NCBI GenBank assembly: GCA_002104945.1
Contig: MCFH01000001.1
Location: 1,054,001 to 1,118,000 of the forward strand
Direction: 5' to 3'
DNA from: Piromyces finnis finn
Lineage: Eukaryota; Fungi; Neocallimastigomycota
Length of the DNA: 64,000 nt
The notes below the pieces were generated by a model. It made no database searches. It was given only the letters and a program-made list of their open reading frames with translations, and was not told the origin of the DNA. This document shows positions 26,401-40,073 of this stretch, piece by piece; within the stretch, counting starts at the first letter, position 1, and every line of letters begins with the position of its first letter. A program made the translations under genes and the position numbers.

Positions 26401-29400
26401 CTTTCTTTTCGTTCACCTGCTTTGGTCGAATCGTTTTTGCGGGTTTTCCCATGAATAATAGTAAAAAGAGATTATTGGAATTCCATATAGAAATTTTTAC
26501 ATATATTATTAATATATTCTACTAATATATTAAAGTATAATTCTTATAGAATTAAAATTTATTTTTAATTCTCTTCAACATGCCAATTTTATAATTAAAA
26601 AAAAAAAACTAAAATGACAGTATTATACTATAATATATAATAAAATATATAAATTAATATAAAATAATTCAATTATAATATATAAATATCACATTGATAA
26701 TATATAAATATTATATAGACTATAAATATAAAAATAATTTTTAGAGTGACAAAAATGAATAGGATTTTCATAATATTTTTTCCAAATGATACAAAAATAA
26801 CTATTAATATATTAAATAATATATTAATTAAATTCAGGTGTTTCTACTGTCTTATTGAATACAATATATAAAGTAATATATTACATTATAATTAAACTTT
26901 AATGGCATGAAATTTCCATAGCTTTCATTTACAAGTCATTTTAAAAAAGTTTTATACCTTTCACAATTAATTCTAATATATAGGAATAATATATTAATTA
27001 AATGAAATTTAAAGACCATTACATTCTTTTTTATTTATTTATTTGTTTGTTTGTTTGTAGGTGTGGTGGTAGGAAATTAACCTTTATTATAAAGATTATT
27101 AATAGATTTTAATGCTTTATGTGGTGGTGGTGGTGGTGGTGGATCAACACACGACTTATTCTAATTTTTGTGTACCTTTATCTCTCTTTAGGTCATGGTA
27201 TGACAACAATGGGTTATCCTCTTGGGAATCATAAGATTTAAACCGACACTACACATGATAAATAGTATTATGAGAAACGAACGTTACTTTTTTTTTTTCT
27301 CCTATAGAATTTTTAAATTTAAATTTAATGATATTATTTATAGCAGCATGAGGGACAATTTGTTAAAATGACAAGTGATGATGAGATAGACATTAAAGAT
27401 TCCTTTTCAAATGATAAAAATAGTAATACAAAACACATGTTTTTTTTTTTTTAAAGAAATAATTATCAATCAATCAATAGTAAAAAAAAAAAAGACCTTT
27501 TTTATTAATTCCTTATTAGAGAATGAAAATAAAAATGAAAAACTTTTTTAATATAGAATGTGGTTCTTTTTTTTTTTTTTAGAAAAAAAAAAATAACAAA
27601 ATCAATCCATAGATATAAATTTATAGTTATGATGAATCTTAAACCCTATCAAATGAACTTTTTTAAACTAAAAGGAAAAAGGAAAATAACCTAAATGATT
27701 CCTTCATTCTAGAATAAATTAATAGTTTTTTAACTATTTTTTCCTCTTTTACATTGGATAACTAATGAATTCATTTCATTCTTTGTAAAATGATTTAGTA
27801 TTATTGTCATTTGTTCATTTATTCTTTAATGTTGTTGTTGTTGTTGTGGTTATTCCTTTTAATGATTGTCTAATTTTAAAAGTTTAAAAATAAAAAACTT
27901 TATTTTTGTTTATATATAAATAATATAATAATGAATTATTTATATATTGTATTATAAACTTTAAAAAAAAAATTAAATATTTTAAAGTTTTTAAATTTTA
28001 AAATAGTTAATTGTAATTTTTTTTTATTTTCTTTTATTTCATTATAAGGGTAAAAAAAGAGGTCATTTGAATAAAGTTAATAGGATAACATAGTTTTTTT
28101 AAAAATAAAAGTTTAATTATTAATTACAAAATTATCTTTTTTAAACTAAACTAAAAAACTTTATAAATATTCATGATTATAAAAATAATGATTTTTAAAA
28201 TTATATAAATTATATTTATACAAATAAAACTTTTGAATTTTTTTTTTTTTTAAAGAATCTATCCTAGAATTAGGATAAAGGAATTATGGTCATTATAGTC
28301 TATTACAAATTAAATATAATATTAATGAAAAAAAAAAACTTTTTTTTTTTTTTTAAAACATTAATTGATGCTTAATTTTAGTATTTTTTATTATTAGTAT
28401 TGAAATGTTTTGCTTTTAAAAGTGAAATTTTAATTAAATTCTTTTTTTTTTTTATATTTCAAGTTTTAATTAAACCTTTTTTTTTTTTTTTAATAAACAC
28501 TTTTTTTTAATTAGTATTAAATTTTAATCATAAGAAGCAATATTAATATCATAAAATAAATTAAATTTTATTTATATTTATTTTTTTTTATTATTTATTT
28601 TTTGTATCTTAAATTAAAAAATTTAGAAATGCCAATTTTTAAATTAGTCAATTTATTGGTGTGAGAATTTATACATTTATACACTTTTTAAATTTTAATC
28701 TAGATTGTTTTGGGTAAAATGTGAAAGCATTTTTCATCATACTATTATAAAAATACTTTTGTAAAATAGTTTTTTAAACATCTTAAATAGACAAGTAGTC
28801 TTACTTCCTAGATGGTCTGTAGTTAATACATTGTGTATATTGTATATTTAATGTATGCTATAATTTGTACATAAAAATTAGAGTGAACATGACATCATCC
28901 ATAATTAATTATAATCCTATTAAAAGTATTAATTCCATTTTATTAATTACATATAGTATTAATTCTATTAATAATTCAATAATATAATTAAATTATATAA
29001 TTTATATAATTAGTAATAAATTTAATAATAAAATTATATCTATTATCTATTTAATGGATATAATTTTATTATTAAATTTATTATTATTCATTATATATCA
29101 TACTTTCAACAAAGTTTTAATTTATGAATAAATATTAAATTTTTTTAATTAATTTTTTTAGGTATGACAAATGAAGAAAGGATTTCCATTTTTTTTATTG
29201 TTTTTTTTTTATTTAAATTAAAAATATAAAATTTTATATTTATTAAAGTTTATTATAACCTTTTATTTTATAAATTAAAATTCAAAATGGTGAAAAAAAA
29301 TAAATTAAAATGAATAGAGTAAAAAGAATATAAATTAAAATTTTTAATTTATGTACAATACTACCCTTGAAAATCAATTTCATTTAAATTAAAAAACAAT

Positions 29401-30641
29401 AGTCACAATTTTAATTTTGTTTTTTGGTAAATTTAAACTTTTTTCCTATTAGTTCTATTTTCATACGTTTCATAAACAAATTAAAACTCTTTTAAATTTG
29501 GTTACACTGGTAGGTTCATCCCTAAGGAAAGGAACCTCAATAGCAAAAAAATAAATAAAAGACCAACCACACATTTTTACTCCTTAAATATTACATGCTA
29601 GGTGAAAAAGAATTCCGTCAAGTACAATAGCTTTGAATTTATATTGTCAAAACATTCAAAGGATAATCATTAGAATGAATATAATTTGCCAAGTAAAAAA
29701 AGAAATATTAAATATTCATTAAAACAAAAAAGGAATACATTATTTTTTTTTATGTGGTTCCATAAAATGAAAGTGACGGAATTTCTTGGTGCTTTTTTTT
29801 TTTTAATTATTCATTTTTTTTTTTACATAAAATTACATTATCATCATTGAACAAATAAAAATTGTTATGCTATAGAAATGAATCATAAACTTTTTTTTTT
29901 TAAAAAAAAGAAATAGTAAATTGTGTGGTGGTTGGTTTTTTTCATTTTTTTTTTGTTTTTTTTTAAAAAAATAAATTAAAAAATTAAAACTTTAAAAACT
30001 TTATTTAATAAAAAATAATTAAAATCATCTTATGATTCATTGTAAGGTAACACAATTTCAACTTTTTTTTTGAGATCTACAATTGTTTTTAAACATTTGA
30101 AACGTTCAATTTTTTATTTATTTTTTTAAATTTAATATAAATTTAGATTGAATACATTTTCCTAATCCTTTATTTTGCTTTTATGAACGGACGGTCAATG
30201 CAGTGTTGAAAGGTTGAAATAGCTAATCACTTTAAAATAAAAAAGGTGCTTTTAGTAAACCAAAAAAATAAATAAACTCTATATAATTGATGAATATTAT
30301 TATTATTATTATTATTCATTCGAAGGGTAAATACTGATTTATAAAGTTTAATTCAATGTTTAAAATTTATAGTTACAGTGCCGCCAATATCATTTCCTTC
30401 ACCATCTTTTATAGTGGTGATTAAGCCCCCACAAAAAAAAAAAACGGTCAATTTAAAGTTGAGACATTCAAAAAAGGTTCATCATTAAGATAAAACATCA
30501 TATTCGTAATCGTGTTTATCATTAAAGTTTTTTTTAAAAAAAAAGAGATCAATAAAAACTATAATGAATTTTATTATAAGTTTTTTAAATACTTAGAGTG
30601 TCTTGTCCTTTTCTATTGTAATTGTTTGAACTGTTAGGTTG

Positions 30642-31017
30642 TTTATTTATTATTTATTTATTATTTATTTATTTATTTATTTATTATTTATTTATTTATT
30701 TATTTATTATTTATTTATTATTTATTTATTATTTATTTATTATTTATTTATTTATTATTTATTTATTATTTATTTATTATTTATTTATTTATTATTTATT
30801 TATTTATTATTTATTTATTTATTATTTATTTATTATTTATTTATTTATTATTTATTTATTTATTTATTTATTATTTATTTATTATTTATTTATTATTTAT
30901 TTATTATTTATTTATTATTTATTTATTTATTATTTATTTATTATTTATTTATTATTTATTTATTATTTATTTATTTATTATTTATTTATTTATTATTTAT
31001 TTATTATTTATTTATTT

Positions 31018-31049
<32 letters not shown>

Positions 31050-31186
31050 TTATTTATTTATTTATTTATTATTTATTTATTTATTATTTATTATTTATTT
31101 ATTATTTATTTATTATTTATTATTTATTTATTTATTATTTATTTATTTATTATTTATTTATTTATTATTTATTTATTATTTATTTA
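30642..31186. repeat. ~545-bp mosaic TTTA/TTA microsatellite
   Basis: Composed only of A and T in mixed 3- and 4-nt units. Explains spurious ORFs 30622-31221 and 30639-31187. Confidence 0.95.
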
Positions 31187-34100
31187 ATTTAAATAAATTT
31201 CAATTCTTTCCATATTTGTGACTAGCCACCACCACTACCACCACCACACTTTCTAAAGCGTTTAAAAGATATTTTTTTATTTTGATAAAGTTTCATCATG
31301 AAATTGATAAGAAAATTTTAATGATAAAATTATCTTAACCAATAAGATTCAAGTAGATTTTTTGATTTATTTTTTTTAACATTTCAATCAGTTGTAATTG
31401 TATTGTAATATATTGATAACATATATTAGTTGTCATGGATGACCTATAGAATGAAGGGTTGGGTTATGTCACAAGATGCATCACAAGATGCATCACAAGA
31501 AATGTTAAAATCAACGCCAGCACAGCAATACCTATGGATTTTTCAACTAAAGAGAAAAATATTTTTTTGTTTTCTTTCAACTATAAGCCTATTGAAATAA
31601 TAGCATAAAGTGCTTAGTTATGGAGTACCATTGAAATGCTATTATTAATAACTTTAAATAACAGTATTTCACTTTGTTATTCAATAGAAATTATCATATA
31701 AATTTTTTAAAGATAAATTTTTTTTTTTTCATTTTATCTTTTTATTAAAAAAAAAAGACAATGCTTTCATCAAAACAGCAGCAGCAACAATAACAAAAAA
31801 GACAATAAAATAATTAATTTTTTTAAAAAAAATACAGAAAGATTAGTTTATCCCTTTTTTATAGTGTTAAAAATAATTCTGTATTTTTTTTTTGGTGTAC
31901 GTTCTCTTTTGACAGCTTTCTTATCTTGATAACTTTAATGGTGTGTAGAGATGTACCATGCTTTGTGTGCCTGTACTACAATCTACACTTTATTTTGATG
32001 ACTAGATACATTATTATGTAATGTACTTCACTATCCAATAATATTGTCAGATATTCATTTATGTATTTGATTGTAGATATAAAAAATATAATATAATTTT
32101 GTGGAATACAGAAAGAGAGAGGAAAAGAAAAAAACAATTTTGTTACTGTGGTTGGTTTTATTAAGTAATACACATTATCTACACATTATTTAAAAGGTAT
32201 ACCATTCTTGTTGGTATGAAATAAAAACAACCTTTTTTTTTTTAAAAAATATTAACATATATATAATAAATACATCTATCTATATATATATTTTCATTTA
32301 TCAATTCATCTAAAGTTTAATCTATCAGTTAAAGTTTTTTTTTTTAATCAATTTTTACTATTAATAGAATTATTAAAAAAAAAAAAAGTTAAAGATGCCA
32401 TACAAATTAATTTTTTTTTTTTTTTTTTTTTAAAAAAGTGTCCATGACAATGATGGTATTATCTAAATGCATTTACCTTTAATTCTACTATTGTAGATTG
32501 TAATGATTTAGAATAATAATAATAGTATAGAGTACTATCATCATCATCATCATCAAGATTATTATTTTTTTTTTTTAAAAATAAAAGTGTTAATGAAATG
32601 GCAAGTTAAAAGGTCTAAAAGTTTTTTATTTTTTCTTTATTCATTAAAGTTTTGTATTTTCTTTTGTATACGAAAAAAGTTTAATTTTAAATTATAATAA
32701 ATTTTTAAAATAAAAATTTTAAACTTTTTTTTTTTTAGCCAAAACGTTGGTTTTGTATTGAACACGCACACACAAAAAAAATTTTTTTTTTTCTTGTTTT
32801 AGCCGGATGTTGTTGGCTTTTCCAATTTTAATTTCCTTCCGAACGAAAAAAAAAAGACAAAACAAATGTGTGGAAAATTATTAAAAAAATATTATTTCTT
32901 TGTATAAAATTAAACTGGGGAAAATAATAGAATTTATTTAGTGCTTGATTTTGAAATATTAATTTATATATGTCTTTTTTTTTTTTCTCTTATTTATGAG
33001 AATAGAGTTGGATAATTTAGATAATTTGATTTATTTTAGTATATATTATTTGTTGTCTTTTTCAATACATTTACAATGGTTAATAAACATAATAAGACTT
33101 TATATTAGCATCCTCTAAAAGATAAAACATTTTGTTTTCTTAGTATTCTATTTATAGATAAAAAATAAAAAATTTTAAGGTGATAATCCTTATTAATTAG
33201 TTTATGAAAATAAAAAAAAAAAAAGAGATTATTTTTATTATTAAAATTACAGGTCTATTTAATAATTATACCAACTGAAATGATAATAATGAACAAATAA
33301 ATAATAAAATAATAATATATATGTACAAATACAAATATTATAATGAAATGGAATAATAATGAAAACATTTTTATGGTAATCCATTTCTCTATTATTTTGA
33401 TGTTTAAAATAGAATATTCTATTTTTCTATAGTCTATAATTAAATAATGAAAAAAAAAAAAAAAACAAACCTAGGTTTGACCATTTTACCATAATACTAT
33501 ATATATATATTTTTTTTTTTTAAAAAGGATTATTAAAGATAATCTAAAAAGTTAAAATATACATTAATAGAACATCCTATATATATATTATACATATTAT
33601 TATTATATAATTATTTTATTCTAATACTTTATATTATTATTTTTAAATCAATTTTCTTTTTTTTTTTTTTTTTGAGTAGATGAATTGATGAACTAAAAAT
33701 TTTAATACCCAAAATAAAAAAAAAAATAAATATTCATGAAAAAAAAAAGAATATAATATATTCTAGTAAAGGTTGTTTAAGCAAAAAAGGTTTTATTATT
33801 TAGTATATTATTTGTATTTTGATAAAGTTTATCATAAAAGATGGTTTAAAAATTCAATTGTAGACAATGTCCATCTTATATCATTTATTCAGCATGGATT
33901 CAGCAATCCACTACTTTATTATAATAATAAAATGTCTTTTTTTTTTTTTATTTAAAAGTTCATAATCAATTTATTGTGTCTGTTTAATTCTATTTTTATT
34001 TTGAAAAGAAAAAAAAAATAGCTTCTTTTAAAAAATAATTGAATTTTTTATAATTTCTTTATTTCATTACATCCACCTAATATAAAAAATAAGAGGGAAA

Positions 34101-34398
34101 ACTATTTATTTCTATATGTATATTTATACTATAATCACTATTCTATTATAGAAGAATTCAACACACTTCTTTTTGCCTAAGGAATCATAGTTTGATTTTT
34201 TATTTTTAATATCAAGCCACAACACAATATCATTTTTAATTAAATAAGATCCGAAAAAAAAAATATTAAAATTTTTTATATTTAAAAAATTAAAGAATTA
34301 TTCCTTTTTTTTTTCTAGTATTATAAATATATTTTTAAAATAAAATAATAATAATTGGTTATAATAGTCTTTAAAAAAAATTAAAAAAAAAAAAAAAA

Positions 34399-34968
34399 AT
34401 GGATAAAACTATTTGTGTTTATTGTTCATCAAGTAATTCCTTAGATGAAAAATATTATAAAATTGCTTATGAATTAGGATCAGTTTTAGCAAAAGAAGGT
34501 TGTAATTTAGTTTATGGAGGTTCCACTCGTGGTTGTATGGGAAAGGTTGCCCAAGGTTTTTTAGATCATCATGGTAAGGTCACTGGTATTATACCTCAAG
34601 CCCTTATGGACAAAGAAGGTATTGTTAATCCACCAGGTGCAGAAATTATTGTCACTAAAGATATGAATATAAGAAAACAACTTATGGAAGAAAAAGCAAA
34701 TATTTTTATTGCCTTACCTGGAAGTTTTGGTACCCTTGATGAAATTATTCAAGTCATTGTGACAAAACAACTTTCTTATCATAAAAAAGCTATTGTCTTC
34801 CTAGACGTTGATAACTACTACAAACCATTATTTGAAATGTTTGAAAATTTCTATAAAAACGGATTTTCTAAAGATATTTGTCGTGACTTGTATTTTGTAG
34901 CCAAAGATGTTGCTGACGTTGTTGATTATTGTAAAAACTATGTTGAAAAAGAATTTGAATATAAATAA
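34399..34968 (+). CDS. LOG: LOG-family (TIGR00730-type) nucleotide 5'-monophosphate phosphoribohydrolase
   Basis: Intronless 189 aa. ICVYCSSS, LVYGGSTRGCMGKVA, GIIPQAL, DMNIRKQLM (conserved Arg), PGSFGTLDE (variant of the PGGxGTxxE signature) and HKKAIVFLDVDNYYKPL are all typical of type-I LOG. Confidence 0.93.
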   Translation: MDKTICVYCSSSNSLDEKYYKIAYELGSVLAKEGCNLVYGGSTRGCMGKVAQGFLDHHGKVTGIIPQALMDKEGIVNPPGAEIIVTKDMNIRKQLMEEKANIFIALPGSFGTLDEIIQVIVTKQLSYHKKAIVFLDVDNYYKPLFEMFENFYKNGFSKDICRDLYFVAKDVADVVDYCKNYVEKEFEYK

Positions 34969-36520
34969 AAAAGTTGACACGGTATTCTCTCTCTCTCTCT
35001 CTCTTAAAAAAAAAAAAGATTTTTTGTTTCTTTTTTTTTTAAATTTTTAAAATTTTTGATGATATGATAATAATAATATATATATATAAAAAAAATAAAT
35101 TATAATAAATTTGATTCCCTTTGAAAATAATAATAACAACAAAAAAAGTTCAACCAATGTAAAATTATATTCAACACCATTTTATAGTATATAAACGCGT
35201 GTAAACAAATAAAGCATAATATATATAAAAGAATCGCAACAACTTTATATAAAATTTATCATTTACTAATAGTCATCAAATACACAATTTATTAATTATT
35301 ATAATGGATAGGAAAGGAAAAAAAAAAGAATTTATATATTATACCAATCATTATTCTTCCAATAGATAATGTAACATACTATAGATAATACATTGAAAAA
35401 TACAAAAAAAAAAAAAAAAAAAAAAAAACAAATTTTTATTTTTCTTTTTCCATTTATTATTTTTTGATAATACCCCTTCCTTTTTTTTTTTTTTTTTAAT
35501 TATTATCAATAGTTGTATTATCCCAATTATAATTTATAATTAAAAAAAAAAAAATAAAAGAAATTTTATAAATTAAAATATAAAAAAGGTATAAACTTTT
35601 TCTTTCCTTAAATTAATTTAAAGAAATTATTATTATTATTAGTTGATTTTCAATAGAAGAAATTACTTTATGATTGAAATTCCCGTTTTTTTTTTTTTTT
35701 TTTTAATGGAACTCAAAATCTCAAAATGTCGTGTGTGAGTGAGTGAGGGTTTGTGCGGTGCAAATTATTGAACTTTATATTTTTCAATTGGATAGAAATT
35801 TTTAGTTTTTTTTTTTTTTTTTCTTCTTTTTGTAGTTTTATTAGTTTTTACCTGATAATTTGGGTGTTTTTTTTTTTTTTTTTTTTTATTTATAAAAAGA
35901 AAAAAAAGTTCAATGACTTAATACTGATAATATTTTGTATGTATAAAGAAATATTCAAAGTTTATTAATAAACTATAATACTAGGTATGAATAACAATTT
36001 TTTTGAAAAAAAAGGTTGGAAATTATATATAATTGGTGTTAGGTCATGTTCTTTTTTTTTTTAAATCAAACACTAATCCTTATTCAATAGGCATATAATA
36101 ATAACCAAGAGTATTATGATATCTTTCAAGTTGAGTGAAAGTAATATTAATAATAATGTCAATTTTTTCTGTATGGAAAACAATTAAACCTAAAATTCCA
36201 TATAAAAAATTAGCCTCTTTTTGTAGAATTCTATTTTTTTTTATAGAAAATAATTTTTTATTTTTTGATAGTTTTAACTTAATTGAAGCCTTGAAATGAA
36301 AAAAAAGAAGGGTGTGGAATATTAAAATAGTGTAAACTATTATTTATTTTTAGATCTTTAGTTTTTATTCAATTTGTTAATAAAGGAAGATAAAAGTTTT
36401 TTTTTTTTTTTTTTTTCTCTGGATCATATTCCACTTAGAGGATTAAAATTAAAATTAAAAAAAAAAAAAACTTTTTAAAACAAAAAATAATTTGATAAAA
36501 AAAAAAACAACAACACTTGA

Positions 36521-38647
36521 TAAATAAAACATTATTACACTTTTTTTTTTTTTTAATTCTATATCATTTTATTAAATTAGTTTTACTTATATTATTTACA
36601 AATAAATGATAAAAAAAAATTAAAAAATATTAGATAAAATAAATAAATAAAATGGATAGTAATCGATAGTAGTAATAGATACAATTAACTTAATAATATT
36701 GATATAATTCACTATTAATGTATAGATTAATGTTTGGTTGAGTATTTATAAATACTTCCCAATAATTAATTAATGTATTATTATTATTATGGTATGAATG
36801 ATGATGATGATAACAATGATTAACTTTATAGATATTTTAAATGGTATTTTAAATGGTATTTTAATTTATGCTTTTTTTTTAATGACTTATTTAAATTTCA
36901 ATTTTTTTTTGTTTAAGAGTATCTATTACTTTATAAATTCTATCCAAGGATAAATCAAGTTCATCTTGTTCAACAGCAAAACATATTCTGAACCAATTTC
37001 TTTCGGATTCTTTATCTTCACTGAAAAAGGCTTGACTTGGTGAAATGTAAATACCTCCTTCTAATAATTTCATCCATAAATCAAATTCGTTGAGTCCGGC
37101 TTGATGAAGATCGATGTAGATAAAGAATCCGGAATCACCTTGAACATATGGAATATGGTGAGCATTTAATGAATTGGTTAAGTGAGTGTAATTCTTGAGT
37201 AATTTACGATTGTTATTAATAATGAAATGATCAGTCCATTTTTGATCGGATAAAATATTAACAAGAATATTATCAATGTTGGTTGGAATACAAGTTAAGA
37301 AACAAATCTTTTGCATTGCAGCCATAACAGTTTTAGAATAAGAAATGGTTACCCCGATTCTTAATCCATTTAAACAAAAATCTTTAGAAAATCCCCATAA
37401 TCCATGAGTATTTTCTGGATCTGGAAGATCTAAAGAAAAGATGGAGGTGAATTTACTTTGCTTTCCATCCATACCACTTTCAATTCTTGGAGCATCTTTG
37501 TAGCTTTGACATGAAGAACAATGGCAGTGGTAATCTTCAATGGTTTTACCTTCTTCAATATGTTGTTCTGTAATGTCTTTCCAAGTGGAAAGTCCGTAGA
37601 TTTCATCACAAATTACGATTAATCCATGAGACTTTGCAAAATTACAGAAAAGAAGAAGTTGTTCAGCACTGTAACATCGTCCAAATGGATTGTTTGGATT
37701 AGCAATGATAATACCTTTGACTGGTTTATTCGCATTCTTTAATGCCTTTTCTAAGGCTGCTTCATCCACCTTTAAACAATCTCCTTCACAATGTGGTACC
37801 GGGATGGTGTAGACTCTTGATCCGTATTTAATATCAGCTTCAAAACCTCCATAATATGGACCTGGAACTAAAACGGCATCACCATGATCAAATAAGACTT
37901 CACCACATAAATTAAGAAGTGGGCCACATCCATTACCTACACAAATATTTTCTTTACTTAATAAGACTTTTGGATTGAAATGACGATTTAATAGCTTGGC
38001 AATTTCCTCTCTTAATCTATCAGATCCTGGATTTGGACCGTATAATAATTGTTCAGCAGTAACCGTTGAAACTTTTGGATCATTGATTTTTCCCAACATT
38101 TCAATATTATTTAATTTATTTTCGGCAGTTCCAAGATTGATAATACCATTTGGATTTGTTTCTGGATGATACTTATTATTACGGACAATGATAATACCTT
38201 TACTCAAAAGAAATTCTTCTTTTTGAATTTCTAAAGCTCTATTGGATAACTTTGGACCATTGAGCGGAGCCTGTTCGGATTTAATATTTTTTTGAATGTT
38301 TGGAACTTTTAAAGACTTTTCCTTTAAGGCGACAATCTTTCTCTTATTAGGTATCATAGAAGTATTTTCAATAGCAATAGATGGCATTTTGTATAGTTTT
38401 ATAAATTATAAATTGTTTATATAATTTTGTAAATGATAAATTTATATTAAAAAAAAAAAATAAATTGAACTCGTAAACTTTTTTTTAATTTTAATTATTA
38501 AAATATTTTTGTGCTTGTAATAAAAGCAAAGAATTATAGAAAAAATTCTTTTAAAATTGTAATGAAAACCGTTTAATTATTGATTTGATGTATGAATAAT
38601 GAAATTGACTTGAAAGTGAAATTTCCTTCTTTTTATATTTAAAATTT
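36521..38647. repeat. Left arm of 2.1-kb inverted repeat
   Basis: Reverse complement of 40074-42203. Line-by-line comparison found 3 substitutions and one homopolymer length difference (T14 vs A17). Confidence 0.95.
36891..38387 (-). CDS. ACC-synthase-like PLP-dependent enzyme (aminotransferase class I/II fold), copy 1
   Basis: 498 aa, intronless. GIINLGTAENKL, PGPYYGGF, NPNNPFG, DEIYG, WGFSKDFCLNGLRIG (PLP lysine) and WFRICFA are hallmarks of the ACS/ACCS subfamily. Confidence 0.9.
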   Translation of the reverse strand: MPSIAIENTSMIPNKRKIVALKEKSLKVPNIQKNIKSEQAPLNGPKLSNRALEIQKEEFLLSKGIIIVRNNKYHPETNPNGIINLGTAENKLNNIEMLGKINDPKVSTVTAEQLLYGPNPGSDRLREEIAKLLNRHFNPKVLLSKENICVGNGCGPLLNLCGEVLFDHGDAVLVPGPYYGGFEADIKYGSRVYTIPVPHCEGDCLKVDEAALEKALKNANKPVKGIIIANPNNPFGRCYSAEQLLLFCNFAKSHGLIVICDEIYGLSTWKDITEQHIEEGKTIEDYHCHCSSCQSYKDAPRIESGMDGKQSKFTSIFSLDLPDPENTHGLWGFSKDFCLNGLRIGVTISYSKTVMAAMQKICFLTCIPTNIDNILVNILSDQKWTDHFIINNNRKLLKNYTHLTNSLNAHHIPYVQGDSGFFIYIDLHQAGLNEFDLWMKLLEGGIYISPSQAFFSEDKESERNWFRICFAVEQDELDLSLDRIYKVIDTLKQKKIEI

Positions 38648-40073
38648 ATTATTAAAAAAGTTTTAATATTATTTATTAATAAAATCTTTTCTAATTTATT
38701 GATTCATTAGATTTTGTAGATTTATTGTTACACGAATATTTTATAATAATAAAAATTTAAATAAATTTTATTTCTCAAAAATCAACAAATTTTAAGCGAC
38801 AAAATATTGAAATGTGTTCATTTTCTTTCAATAAAAACTTTATCTTTTTTTTTTTTTTTTGTAAAATAGAAAAAGTTTACTTTTGTAGAAAAAAAAATCA
38901 TAATTTATAATTCATAATTAAAAATAATAAAGTAACAGCATCACCAAACCAAATGAATATTTTATTATGATGTATATAACTTAATTATTTTTATATTTGT
39001 CAATACTATTTATTTAGTATTTTAATTATTAATAATACTATTTTAAATTAATCCACTATGAGCTTTAATAATTAAAAAAAATATTATGGTTATACTTTTT
39101 TTTTTGACTCCTCCATTGGAAATGAGGGTAATAGTAATAAAATAAATAATAAAAAAAAAGTTGAAATTATAATTTAATTTTATATAATATGAAAATAATC
39201 ATATTCATTATTCTATTATATTTTAATCTTTTTTAAAAGTATATTTTATTGTAACAAACCTTTATAAATTTATTATAATAATAAAAAATATAAATAAATA
39301 CGCAAATGGATTTAAATTAATTATTCTTTTTTTTTTTAATTTCAATAAATATTTTAAATATTTTAATAGTCAAACTCTTTTATCTAAGATGATTTAATAA
39401 AAATGGAATAATAAAATTTCAAAATTAATTATAAGAAACATATGAAGCAATGGATAAAACGGTAACTTTTTTTTTTTTAACACGAATTAGTTTTATTTTG
39501 AATGTGTATTTAAATAGAATGAAATATATTTAATAATTCATTTAAATTTAATTATAAATATTTAATAAACATATGAATGAAATGAAATATAAAACAAAAC
39601 TATTTAAAGAATTTATCCTACTATTTTCCTTTTAAATTAAATATTTTATGCTATTTAAATCAAGAATGAACCAACTTTATTCTTTCCTTTTCAAAAAAGT
39701 AATAATGAAAGTAAAATTACTTTTTTAAACTTTTATTATTAAATTGTTTTTTTGACATTTTTTAATTTTAAAAATAGCTATTAAAAAGTGGAATAATTAA
39801 CAAATTATCCCAATATTATTTGCTATATATCAACTAATATCAACCATGATTTCATTATAATATTTACTCATTTAATTGGATTAAAATAAATTAATACAAT
39901 GTTTAAATTTGTTAAGGAAATGCGTTGGAATTTTTCTTTTAATAAATCAAAAAATATAATATATGGATAATACACTAATTATATAATAATTGAATTAATT
40001 ATAAATGTAATCTAATATATAAAGTATTATTTATTATTTATTATTGAAAAATAAAAATAAATAGGAAAGTCAA

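Noticed and set aside
29611-29783. 10-bp inverted pair aattccgtca/tgacggaatt as MITE termini
   Set aside because: Short, no target-site duplication and no second copy in the window.
30622-31221. 199-aa and 182-aa hydrophobic ORFs
   Set aside because: They are readings of an A/T-only microsatellite.
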